From Sphaerodactylus townsendi (lineage: Eukaryota), in assembly GCF_021028975.2 (NCBI RefSeq), contig NC_059426.1, forward strand, positions 74,152,001-74,216,000: a DNA stretch of 64,000 bases. The letters run 5' to 3'. Below are positions 12,929-24,900 of the stretch, one piece after another. Each line of letters starts with the position of its first letter. Position 1 is the first letter of the stretch. The translations under genes and the position numbers were made by a program. The notes beneath the pieces were generated by a model that was not told where the DNA came from, did no database searches, and worked only from the letters and a program-made list of their open reading frames with translations.

Positions 12929-15900
12929 TTGTATACATATTATTTTCTGTGGCAAAGGGGCCTTTGTTCAAACACATTTGCAGGGTTGTTTTCTTTTTCT
13001 TTTCTTCTTTTTCTTTTAGGGGGTAGTGCTTCAGAAAGCTACAAAATTTGTTTAAGCAGAGAGGGGCAAAAATGTACATGTACAGTGTAGCCAATGATAT
13101 GTCCTAGGATAAATTGCCTAAGGCTTGGAAAGTTGCAGGACTCAGTTCCAGCCAAGCTGGGCGTGGAATTGAGCCCTGAGTGTGGATTGGCTGACTACCA
13201 GTCCCCCATCACCCTTCCCCACCCCAAACACCAAGCTGGACCCATTAGGCAGTAGCAACTTACCACCCACTGCCCCACTGGACCTGGCCAGTGCCCTGCC
13301 CAGCCAGTGCCCTGCCCAGCCTCCCCCGCAGGTGCATCTTTATCACCCAGGCCCACTGGGCTTTGTGCAGCCACCTGGGCCCAGCGACTCCTGCTCCCGC
13401 CACTGCAAATGCCACCTGACTGTCCTGTACTGGCCATGGCCTGGGATTATCAGTCCTTTGAGTTCCATCCCACCTACAGGCCCCCCAAAGCCTCACCAGC
13501 AGAGACTCACCACTGAGAGAGGAGGACCCACAGAATGCAGCAATAGGGAAAGGGCCAGGATGGTGCCTGCCAGTGAGGCATCTCAGTGAGGCACAGGGGA
13601 AGGGCACAGAGGAGGTGGTGCAGGAGGAGGGCAGCCCGGAGAGCCACTTTGGGTCCCTGAGGGAAGGGCCAGGGAGTGAGTCAGGGACTCTGATTGGCCA
13701 GGGCCAAATGGGGGGGAGTTGTAGCAACTCTTTTAAAGGTTGCAGGGAGGGGCAAGGACACTGTTCATAGATTAACCTTCCCCATTGTCTAGAGCCCATT
13801 TTATTTTACCATTAAATGGGCTTTACTGCTAGGCTATCATATATCTGTCAAATCTTTAAAAGACTATCCTGTATTCAATAGAATCTTAATTCTGAACCCT
13901 ACTGACTAAGACCAAGCTGTAATTCCTTACAAAGTTAAGGGTACACTTTCAAAGGAGCTTCCCATGGTTCTGTGTTTGGTAAAAAATGAATAATGATATG
14001 ATATGAGAAAGAAGGGGCCTCAAGCATTGACAACAGTTTTTCTTCACAAGTAAAGCATACCCACTTGGCATAGCCTGCAATTCCTCTTATATTTTTGTGT
14101 GGATAAATAAACTGGAATCAGCAATGAAGGAAATGTGGGTGGATTTTTTTAATTAAAAAATTGAGAAATGGATTCTGTACAAGCAGAGAAACTGCTACTC
14201 TGAATTCCAAAACTGTGAGAAATATGGAGGTCAACACAATAGTGGAAATCTTTAAAAGTAGGACCAGTGTTCTTCCTGCTTCAAGTCTCTGCTATTTTCC
14301 AGGTGATGGAAGAGTCACATTGGATGCATTAAGCATAACCCCATTGGTCAACAGTGGTGGTCAGAGATTTGGAGCGATGGCAGGGAGATGGGTGAACAGA
14401 GAAGCCGGCAGTTGGGGTAGGGGAGTTAAAAGGGATTTTGAGGACAGAACAGAAGAGGAGGTATTCAGCAAATGAAATTGGCAGGAAGAATAAGAGAAAA
14501 AACTGAGGACACAGGAGAAGAAAGTAGAAGGAAGTAGGAGTCAGAGTAGGATAGCATATTTACTCCAGTTCACCTCTGGGAAATCTCCTGGCCCCAGCAA
14601 TGAGGCTCAAAGTGGGGAGAGGATGGGGGTGGGGATACAAGAAAGACTGCAGAAGGGCCAGCAGTAATAAGGCAAAGAGAACCCCTTTTCATCTCATCTC
14701 CACTCGCATTATCAGGGAGCATGCCAGTTGGGGTAGTCCCATGAAGTGTGATCTCATAGTCCCATGAATGGCTGACAAAGCATAGAGCAGTCTCCTGTTT
14801 CAGCCATTCTTTAGGCTGCAACAATAAACCTGTCAGGGGCTTTTATAACTGGCATACTGTTAGAAGCCCAAAAGTGCTTGAAAAATGGTAGGGTAGTTCC
14901 CCATCTTTTTCTAAGCATCCTAAGTTCTATGAAAGCTCTGCTGTTGGAATTGCCCTAGCTAACGTGCTTGCACTTTTGTGTGTGTGTGTGCTCGGGTGCG
15001 CCATCAAGTCACAACTGAATTATGGCAACCTCGTGGGGTTTTCAAAGCAAGGGACTTTCAGATGTAGTTTGCCATTGCCTGCTGCTGCATCACAACCCTT
15101 GTGTTGCTTGGAGTTTGCCCCTCCAAATACTAACGAGGGGCAATTCTGCTTAGTTTCTGATATCTGAGAAGATCAGGTTGGCCTGCAGCTGCCCACATCA
15201 GGGCATGCTGACATAGTCCTGATGATTTCTGAAAAGGTGTTGGGGGTGGGGGTAGGGAAGAGACAGACGCTGTTCTTTCTGCTGCAGTGCTGGGCCTGTT
15301 GCACATCCCCACTTTCAAGTTTATGAAACCATGCTCTGAGTGGCATATAAAACAGGGCCCTGGCAGTTGCATAATCTGCAGTGCATTGGGTTGTGAAGGT
15401 AGTAAAAACACTCACCACTGAAGTACTTGTGCTGGTAGTTATAAGGCATGGATTTCTTCTTCATTTTCCCAAGCTATGGACAGACATAGCACCACAATAA
15501 ACAACTTCACAGTAAAGGCAGGACCTACTATATTTCTCATGTTGTCCTTAAATGCATTCAGACCTATAAGTTCTTTCCTCTCATTCATTCCTTCAACAAA
15601 CACTCATAGGCAAGCCCTACATTTCTGATTCCACCGTTATTCGACTATGTCTGAATTTACCTTAATCTGTGCCTCTGGTTTTAACATCCCTCCAGACACA
15701 TAACTCTGTAATATGGACAACCCAACACACTTGGATGAGGGATCCAACTAGCCATAGCTAGCAGCAAAGGGTGGTAAAGTTGCTCATTTGCCAGGGGAGT
15801 AGAGGAAAACAGAAGAATGGGCTCAGCCTTCTTTCTCTATCACTCTGGTAGTCAGGTACAGGTGAGGCAGGAGCAGCCAGCGACTCATGTCTGGCAAGAG

Positions 15901-18900
15901 TGGGCTGCAGCTATTTCTGCAATTTAGGACTTTTTTTTAAAGGGGGGAGCTGCTTCTGAGAATCCAGCTAAACCTGATGGCAAACTCATGGCCACCATGA
16001 GTTTGCCTTTGCCATTTTATAGTGATTTTAAAATGCCACAAGGCACAAAGCTCCTTTCCCACAACCCTGCAACTTTTCAAGTGTCAAAACAGCTATGGAT
16101 GAGGTTTGTGCGTGTCTGCATGCCCACACACCCTCACCCTCCCCCACTTCTGGGATTAGCAGAAGTGTCCTGTGAATGGATCGATGACCCAGAGTGGAAT
16201 GACAGTCCCTAGGAATAGAATCAACACTCTGGGACTGGAATGATGACTCTCAGGGAAGAGTGACAGGCCATGGGAGTAGCCTGAGTGCTCTGGGCCTGGA
16301 TTGACAGCTCCTCGAATGGAATGACAGTCCCTAAGAATAGAATCAGGATTCTGTGACTGGAATGACAGGTCCTAGAGTGGAATAATGGTCCCATGGAGTA
16401 ACAAAAGTGTTCTAGGCCTGGAATGGCAAGTCTCAGAATAGAATGGTTACCCCTGGGAGAAGCAGAAGTGCTCTGGGACTGGATGGAAAGTGGAATGACA
16501 GACTTTGAGACTAGCAGAAGAGTCTCAGAGTGGGAAGGTGACCCCTGGGAGGAGAAGAAATCATGAACTCTTGGTTCTCTCAACCGTTATTCTATGCCTT
16601 CAAATAATTGGCTATAATTGTAATCATACAATAACATCATTTACATGCTCACCTCTCGAGACAGTTTCTTCCCTAGGCTGAACAAGAGGGGGTGCATATT
16701 GAGATCTGGGTCCTTGCGATAACAGTTGGGTTTAGCATGATGCTGGTTGTGCATATGGTTCCACCAGCTAGCTGGTCCACCCTGTGGAAAAAATCAATAA
16801 TGAAACCTTCCAACCAGAATTATACCAGTCAGACCCTTTATCTTTTATCTTTTGGTTTGTGCAATGTGCAACTATTGAATTGTACTACACTTAACTAACT
16901 GTAGACCCTTCTATCATCCCAAGTAGCCTTCTCATGGTGAACAAATGGTACTTTTAGAAGATGGCTTTTGGCACTGGAGGATTGCACCCCACTAAACTGA
17001 TAGGACACAGCCCATCTACACATCTAATGTGTCCAGGCAACTGGCTGGCTAAACTGTGAACAGTATGGTGTACTATGTGGACCACTGGTCTGATCCAGCA
17101 GAACTCTTCTTACATTTTTAAATCCTTCCCTCTTGAGGATAGAAAAATCCATTCAAGGGGGCCAGCCACAGAGAGGGGAGAGCATTCTGAATATTTGGGA
17201 TAACTTCTAGTTGTGCAAAAAATGCATAAACTGAGGCAACATGTCAACCAAGTGATCTTGCAGTCTGTACATGTATCTGGGATACATCACAAATATTAAG
17301 ATTGCAAAGGCAACAAAAATAGTGCCAGAAGTCTTGCCACATGTCAAGTGCTATTTTGGGTTGCCACAACAAGGTACCATAGTCTGTTGCTTTGCAGAGT
17401 GTGTCTGCAATGTACAGTGAAACCACACAAATATGGATCAGATGGATGCCTGATACTTGCCCAAAGCTCTGTACTCCACAGACAGGTCATTCAGCAACAG
17501 GAGTCACATGCTTCAGCATATTCAGCTTGCTAGGGCAAAGTCATCTTGCAAAACTTTGGACACCATTTTGAATTGTTGCAGCATTTTGAGTTGTCACTGA
17601 GACTTCCTCACAGAGTGAGGGAGAAGGGAGAGAGGAGGAGGAGGACCCACTAGGATTCTTTATGCATCACCCATTAGAGTGGCCTTGTGCCAGTCAGTAG
17701 GATGCCAAAAGAGGACCATCTACTGATGAAAGAGAGATTCATAGAATCATACAGTTGGAAGGGGCAATACAGACTATCTGGCCCAACCCCCTGTTCAATG
17801 AAGGATCAGCCTGACAAATGTTCATCTAGCCACTGCTTGAAGACTGCTAGGGTGTGGGAGCTCACCTCCTCCCTAGGCAGCCAATTGCACCATTGAACTA
17901 CAGTCACTGTAAACATTTTTCCTTATGTCCAGCCTGTTCCTTTCCACCTGAAATGTATCCTCATTATTGCTAGTCCTATCCTCTGCTGCCAACAAGAACA
18001 GTTTCTTACCCTTCTCTAAGTGACAGCCTTTTCAAATACTTTAAGGAGAGCAATAATGTTTCCCCTCAACTTCCTCTTTTCTAGACTAAACATTCTCAAG
18101 TGCACCAGTTTTTCCTCATAGGGCTTGGTCTTATAGTATCTTATTCCCACTCTAATAATATTAAGGTATGGTGTTGCCTCAAGTTTACCAAGTCAGGGAG
18201 TAGGCAACTGTGTAACACAGGTTGTAACACAGGCTGGGGCAGTAGTGTAGGCTCAATTATATACCATAGCCAAACCCACAAAGCCTCCTGTTTATGTGTA
18301 GGAATGCTATAAATTTCTGCTGGAGGTCCTACATTTGGCACCCATGTATAGATACTACAATAAAGCATGGATAATCTGCATCACTGCGATAAAGCCTCCT
18401 CATTCGTCTTGTAGGTGAATAGTAAAGTGGTGGGTGTAATTTTGAGTTTCTGGATGCACAATAAGACTGTTTTTGCATGGTCAAAATATCCCTGGATAGA
18501 ACTGGGATTTTACATACTGCGGCTGATTTGTCGTGGTTTCTCCTTCCACAGGGCTCCCGGGTGCTTCCAAGGAGATGAGGCAGGACCAGTATGTAATGCC
18601 CCAGCTGTTTCTGCACTACCGTGTTTCCCCGAATATAAGGCATACCCATGAAATAAGACATAGTAGAGGTTTTGCTGAAGTGATCAATATAAGGCACCCC
18701 CCGAAAATAAGGCGTAGCAAAGTTTTTGTTTGCCCGCCACGGAACAGAACACCAGAGCAGGAAGCTGTGGAGCGGCCCCTGGAGGAAGTGCACCAGCAAC
18801 AGCAACGTTTGGCTTTACCCCGCCTTTCTTTCCCATAGAAAAGGAAACCTGAGACCTGAGGAAAGAGCAGCTTCTTTGTGCACGTTGGGAAAGGTAGTGG

Positions 18901-21900
18901 AATTGCCTCTTTTCTCCCCTCTCGCCTTCTACTTGAAAGCCACCTTGAGTCTCCTTACAGGAGAAAGGTGGTTTATTAATCAAACTCCTCCTCTTCTTCA
19001 CAGTAAGAAGTTAAAAAAAGCCGCTTCTAATATTTTTGAGGCGTTGCTGCCCAGCCCCCCAGAGCTAGCTGGCCGGGCAGCAAGTGGGCGGTAAACCTGA
19101 AGCCCGAGGGCCAGTCAGCCTCTGTTTCTGGCTGGTGGGGCTGCTTGGCCGGCGTCAGCAGCGCCCAGGCACAGGAGCAAGTGGGCTGCTGCTGCCTTCC
19201 TCTCCCCTCCCCGCCTGCAAGGCTCGGGCTCTGGGGCCTCGGCGCTGCCCCCTCCGCCACCCTTGCTTGCCTCTCGCGCTGCTCCTGCCCCTATCTCCCC
19301 CCAGGAGGGATGATGACAGGGGCGCCTGTTGTGCTGAGGGAGGTGCGTCGGCGGTGGTCAGAGCTCCTGGCTACGCAGGGCCTTCTTCCTCCTCTTGTTT
19401 ACCAGCCGCTTCCACCACCTCCTCCTCCTTCCCCCACACCCTGCAAGTTTGCAAGCTTCAGCTTGCAAAAGACAAAGTGCAGCCTTTCCCTGCACCCCCC
19501 ACAACGGCCGGGGGTTGCAACTTGCAAGCATCGCCTGCAGTTTGCAAGCAGCGCTGGAAAGGATCGTGGGTATTGCTCCCTCCATTTTGCAAGGGATGCC
19601 TGGAGATGCAAAACTGCGAACTTGCCCGGGCCTGGGCACATTGCGGGTTGGTTGGAAAGACTGGCCCAGGCGAGGTTTGTTTCGCAATGGGTCCTCCCAC
19701 TTTCGGTCGAGGCCTTGACTTGCAAAGCGCACGGGTCAGCTCTACATGCAGCTGAAGTGGGAAGAGGGACCAGAAACAACTCCTTGATTGCTGGATTCTG
19801 CAAGCGCTTTGCACCGCTTCTTAGGCCAGTAGGGAGAATTAAGCGTGCCTGGGCCCGTTGGAAAGAAGCAAGAGTATTTTGAGAGTTTAGGGTGTAGTTG
19901 TTCATGCAGGAGATGGAAAGAGAGTGAGACGGGATTCCCCTCAGGACTTAGCAGCCCCTAACCTGCAGCTCACTTCAGGGCAGCCAGCTCAGCCCAAGCC
20001 CCTCCCAGGTCTTCAAGAGGGGAGGAAGGAGTCCTAGACTGTCAAGCGAGTGGGATGAGACGAGGAGGAGCTGGCGGCGTGCAGCCAGTCCGGCCAGAGG
20101 GACAGCAGGGGCAAGCAGGGGGCGGTGGGGGGGAGGAAGGAGAGTGAGCGGAGCAGGGAGAAAGTCAGAAGGAAAGAGAACGGAGCAGAGAGGAGCCAAA
20201 ACAGAGAAGAGAGAGAAATGCAAGGGGAGAGAGAAAACGAAGCAGAAGACAGGGGAGAGAACAGAGAGAAACTGCAAGAAGGGCTACCAGGGAAGGGAAG
20301 GGGGGGTGGAAGCCCTGAGAGTCCAGAAGAGGAGGGGAAAAGAGAGGAGGGTATCTAGGGAAGAGCCAAGCCCTGGGTGGTGCCTCTTCAGCAACTCCAG
20401 GACATCCTGCAGTCTGGAAGGCGGGTGGGACAGCAATCACTCTGTGGCTAGCTGTACTTATTGAATGACAGACTCCTAAAACCCGGGGTCTCAGACGGAC
20501 AAGACCACAGATAGGGAAGAGGAAGGCACAAATTCTTGATAAGTTCACATTTTGTCTATGAATTATGCTGGTTTGTGATGACAACTACTGTACAGTATAT
20601 AATAAATGTTCATTTTTTTTGTTCAACAATAAATGTGAATTCTTCTTCATGGAAAAATAAGACATCCCCTGAAAATAAGACATAGCGCATCTTTGTGAGC
20701 AAAAATTAATATAAGACACTGTCTTATATTCGGGGAAACAGGGTAGTCCATGTCTTTTTCCATTTGCACAGTGATCTCTTCCATAATCTCTTCCGTGCAT
20801 GTGTGGACAACTTCCGTTTCCCGCATTCTGTTTGGATGATTCTCCACCCCCCCCCCATTCCCCCATTCACTTTAACTAGTTTAGTTTGAAATGTCTTTGA
20901 GCCCATTTTCTACTGTAATAGAAATGAAATGTCTTTGAGTTTCTTTCCGTGTTGATAAGATCCTCTCAAGCAGCCGTGGATTTAAACACAGAAAAGGGGG
21001 GAGGGGAGGAGATGAAAAGCAAGCACTTCCTAAGCCAACACAAATGTTTGTTGCTCCCAGTGCCAGTTGATTGGTGGGGCAGGCCAGAGTGGCGAGGCAG
21101 GAAAAATAGAGTAGTTCTGCCCCGGTTCTGCTCCCATGGTGTTTGCACGGCAGCTGGGTCATACAGGAGCATTTTTAAAAGTACCACCTCTTTGGTGGTT
21201 TTTGAAAGTCACGGGGCAAAGGGAAAATAGTGGTGCAAAACCGTGGCAGACCTTGTGCAGCTTCAGGAACCGTGCAGAATCCCTGACTGCACAAGGATAT
21301 TTTCCATGCTCACTGCAGGATATTTTGACCATGCAAAAACGGCCTAACTGTTTTCTATTGTAATTATTTTCTACTGCCTTATATTCTACTGTAATAGATA
21401 AACAGCACATCATTTGGTGGTAGCATACCCATAAATTAATATGGGAACATCTGCACCAATTGAAGAGGTCTGGGTTGAACATCTGATCCTCTGTTTATGC
21501 TAACTTAAACCCTGGACACAGCCAGAGGCATAGGGGGAAAAGGGGGTTAGAAACATCTGAGTTAGCGGAATAAAACTAGGACTGGGCATCTGCAAATCAC
21601 CTTTCTGCAGGTAACTTAAAGCCAAGACTTGGTCAAAGGAGCAACAGACTGGAGACTGGGAACATCTGAGCATCTACCTCTCTGTAATGAAATAATTATC
21701 CCATATCCCATTTAAAATCTGAATGCTTGTGCTTTGAGAATTATTGTCACCCACTGAGTTGTTCTCAGAGACTTCCAAAGGATCTGTAGGGATAAAAGTT
21801 AAACCTCATAAAGAGGTCAACTTATTTGCAATATTTAAAAATGACTTGTGTGTTTAACCTTGTGCCAGCAAACCGGACAGAAGATTTCATCAAATTAATG

Positions 21901-24900
21901 GCCTTTACTGGAAAAAAAACTCTCTGCCCCTGCCCACTCCCCTGCCCGACAAGTTTATAAGAAATCAATAAAAGACTAGGTGTGCCCCACAAGTACAGAA
22001 AGACAGCATAATTTCAAGCATAATTGATTATATGAACTTTAAAGAAAATGCAAGTTCCAAAAAACTATCTCAGAAGGCTTTAGAAAATTTAGATGGCCAA
22101 TGCATACCATTGCACAGAAATCTCACCTACATCCCATTGACGCTCTATTCACAGACACCAAAGTAGCTCTTTTATGTTACAACTCCCTTTTTGTGGGTAA
22201 TTTCAAGTCTAGGCTTGGCCAAAGGGGTGAGACTTTGGCATGAGCGAAAGGCCTCTATTTTGGCCCACAGCTTTCAGCTTGCATCCTGAGGCCCTATGTG
22301 AGCTGTGCTGCCAGAACCAGGACCACCCAGGATGTCCTTGGGTTTCATTGCCTGCTTTGAGTTTGACTACAGTCAGCTTGGTTTATGTATTTGTTTAAAT
22401 TTTAATTGTATTTTATGACCACTTTGAATAATTTCTGTAATTTTTTCTGTACCACTATGCCTAACATGTATACTTATGTTATGCTTCAGGGTGGTTGCTG
22501 GTTTTTTTAACGGTACAAGTCTTCTTAAAATCTAATGCATTGGTTATTGAATATACCGTGTGTGTGTGTGTGTGTGTGTGTGACTATAAACAAACAAATT
22601 TGAGTCCCCATTGTGAGAGAAAAACAGAATTAAAAATATTTAAATGAACACATCCCTTGGTACTTGCCTGGAGGGTTCCCATAACAAGCATGTGAAACCA
22701 TCGATTCTGTTTGGTGCCCTGGAAGACTGAGATATGCCCCAGATCATGTTGAAACCAACCATACTGGACCTGAAAAGTAAAAAAGATTGCTCATAAAGCT
22801 AAAGGTGACTCCCAGTAACTTGTTCTACTGTTCCATCTACTCCTAATCAAATATATGTATAAATACAGACTATATTTCCATCAACAGCACCAACATTGAT
22901 GTTGGGAAATATGATCAGTGGTTACTCATTCATCAAAGTAGGACTGCCTGGCAGGAAAAAAGAAAAGAATGTTAAGAATGTTAAGCACTTAGGGCTGTGA
23001 TGAAACTGCTGTTGCACCTATGATTTAGTTTTTCTCTTTTTTAATCCGTTCTTAAGTGAACAATATTAGTTTACAACATCAGGCATACTTGCTAACTTGG
23101 ACTAGTTATTGGAAGCACCCTTTGCAGTTGGAATAGCTGACTTGGGCTTGTTGGGAGGCTTCTTATCTCATGCTATGACGGACTGCAGAGAAACGTGTGT
23201 TTTAAAAGTTAATTTTAAAAGTGCAGGTCTGACAGGAGCCATTATTGTTTGCATTCAGAGTGAGGCATAGAGGCCTGGAGATAGGGAAGCCATCTGACTG
23301 ACTGAGGCGACCCTGCATTCTGACTGGTTGAAGTGTATTGATGTCACCAGGAGGAAGGACTATATCTCCCTATGTAAAACTATCTGAGAGGCATTTGGAG
23401 GGTTAAGTTTCTGAAGTGAATAGCTATCTGCCTTTGCTGTGACAAAACATAGTAACTCTGAGGAAAGTACTGGCAGTCAGTGTGTGATTCTGCCTTGCCC
23501 CACTGTACCACAGCCTTGGTGAGGTGGAAAGCAAATATATACAGACTAGGAGAACTGGTGGTTATTGAGGGCCCAGGCTGAGGGGCATATATATAACCAA
23601 GGAGCAGTAGATCTTCCAGGGAGGCAAGATGAATCCCAAAGACCAGTTAGTCTGTTGCATTGGGTCTTGCTTTGAGTTTCCTCTAAAGAGAGTGTTTTAT
23701 GTTTATTTTGGGGGGTTCTATCTATGTGGGCTGAGTGAGGATACTGAAATTAATGTACCAAGCCTGATAGAACACAGTATGTTTAATCCTTAAACCAGAA
23801 CATCTTAAGTAACAGAACCATTTAAGTAACTGTACTATCTGAGGAACACTTAAGGTTACTGAAACAGACCAAACTCATTTAAATCTATGCCTGAAAACAA
23901 AAACTGCTTCTCTTCCAAAGATTTCTGCTGTAATTACATATTTCTGCTACCTTATCCATTCCTTTCTCCAAGTTATTCCTTCCTTATTCCTATCTCCTGT
24001 CTTGTTAAATAAATCTTTTATTCTGTTTATGTTATATCTGCTTCAGTATTACTGTTCTCTGTGCCTTGAGAAGGGGTTTGCCAGGGTATTTTTAAAAAAT
24101 AATGAGCTTCCTTCACTTTCTGCCAGTATAACAGGGCTGAGCAAAAATGCTTTTTGTCACCAAATGCTACCATTTCTGAAGCACCTCAGTCTCTGACAAG
24201 CCATGTCAGTGACTGGTTTCCCTGCCTTGGTGAAATTGGAAGTTGTGAGGGTCCGTTGCACATGTTCTTCTGTAAGTGAAATGTAATAGGGTCTACTTAT
24301 TTTCGAGTAAATCCTATTCCTCTTCCAATTTCTGCAGCTAGAGAACAACGGTGTATAATGGCACAACAATATCAACTTGATCCATTTTCACAAGCCATTA
24401 TGAGCCAATTCAGATCCAACAACTGGGAGGAACTTTACATTGAACTAATGGATAGGTTATGATCATTTTTGCCATTTTCTGTGCAGAGTTCTAGATATGA
24501 CTTACCACCTTCTGTAGAATGGCAATGCTTACATTTGCACCACCCTATTTTGTCAAAGCTTGGGATATGGCCTTAAAGCTTACATCTGCTCTTTTCATGG
24601 ATCTTAAGCCAAGATTATTCAGCAAAAAATTATATTCGAGACATGATAGTGACTCTTTAGCAAAGGAATGAGTAAAATGTCTAATTGTTGATGTGCTAAC
24701 GCAATGGTCACAGCACTGAGAGCCCCATCCAGAGGGTACAACAAATCTCGTCAAGTGGGGGATGCAAAATCTCCCCCAGGGCCCCCTGTGGCCCCCCTGC
24801 CCCCCCTGGCACCCCCCCACGTGTGTATGAACTGTATGAAATAATACAATATATAGTAATTCTATTTTTTTTGTTCATTGGTATAAAGGTTGGGAAAGTA

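Noticed and set aside
16150-16565. CRISPR-like array
   Set aside because: It is in a eukaryotic intron, all units are mutually related with no unique spacers, and there are no cas genes.
19027-19905. Cluster of long overlapping ORFs (up to 245 aa)
   Set aside because: GC-rich TE interior is poor in stop codons on both strands; no domain is recognisable.
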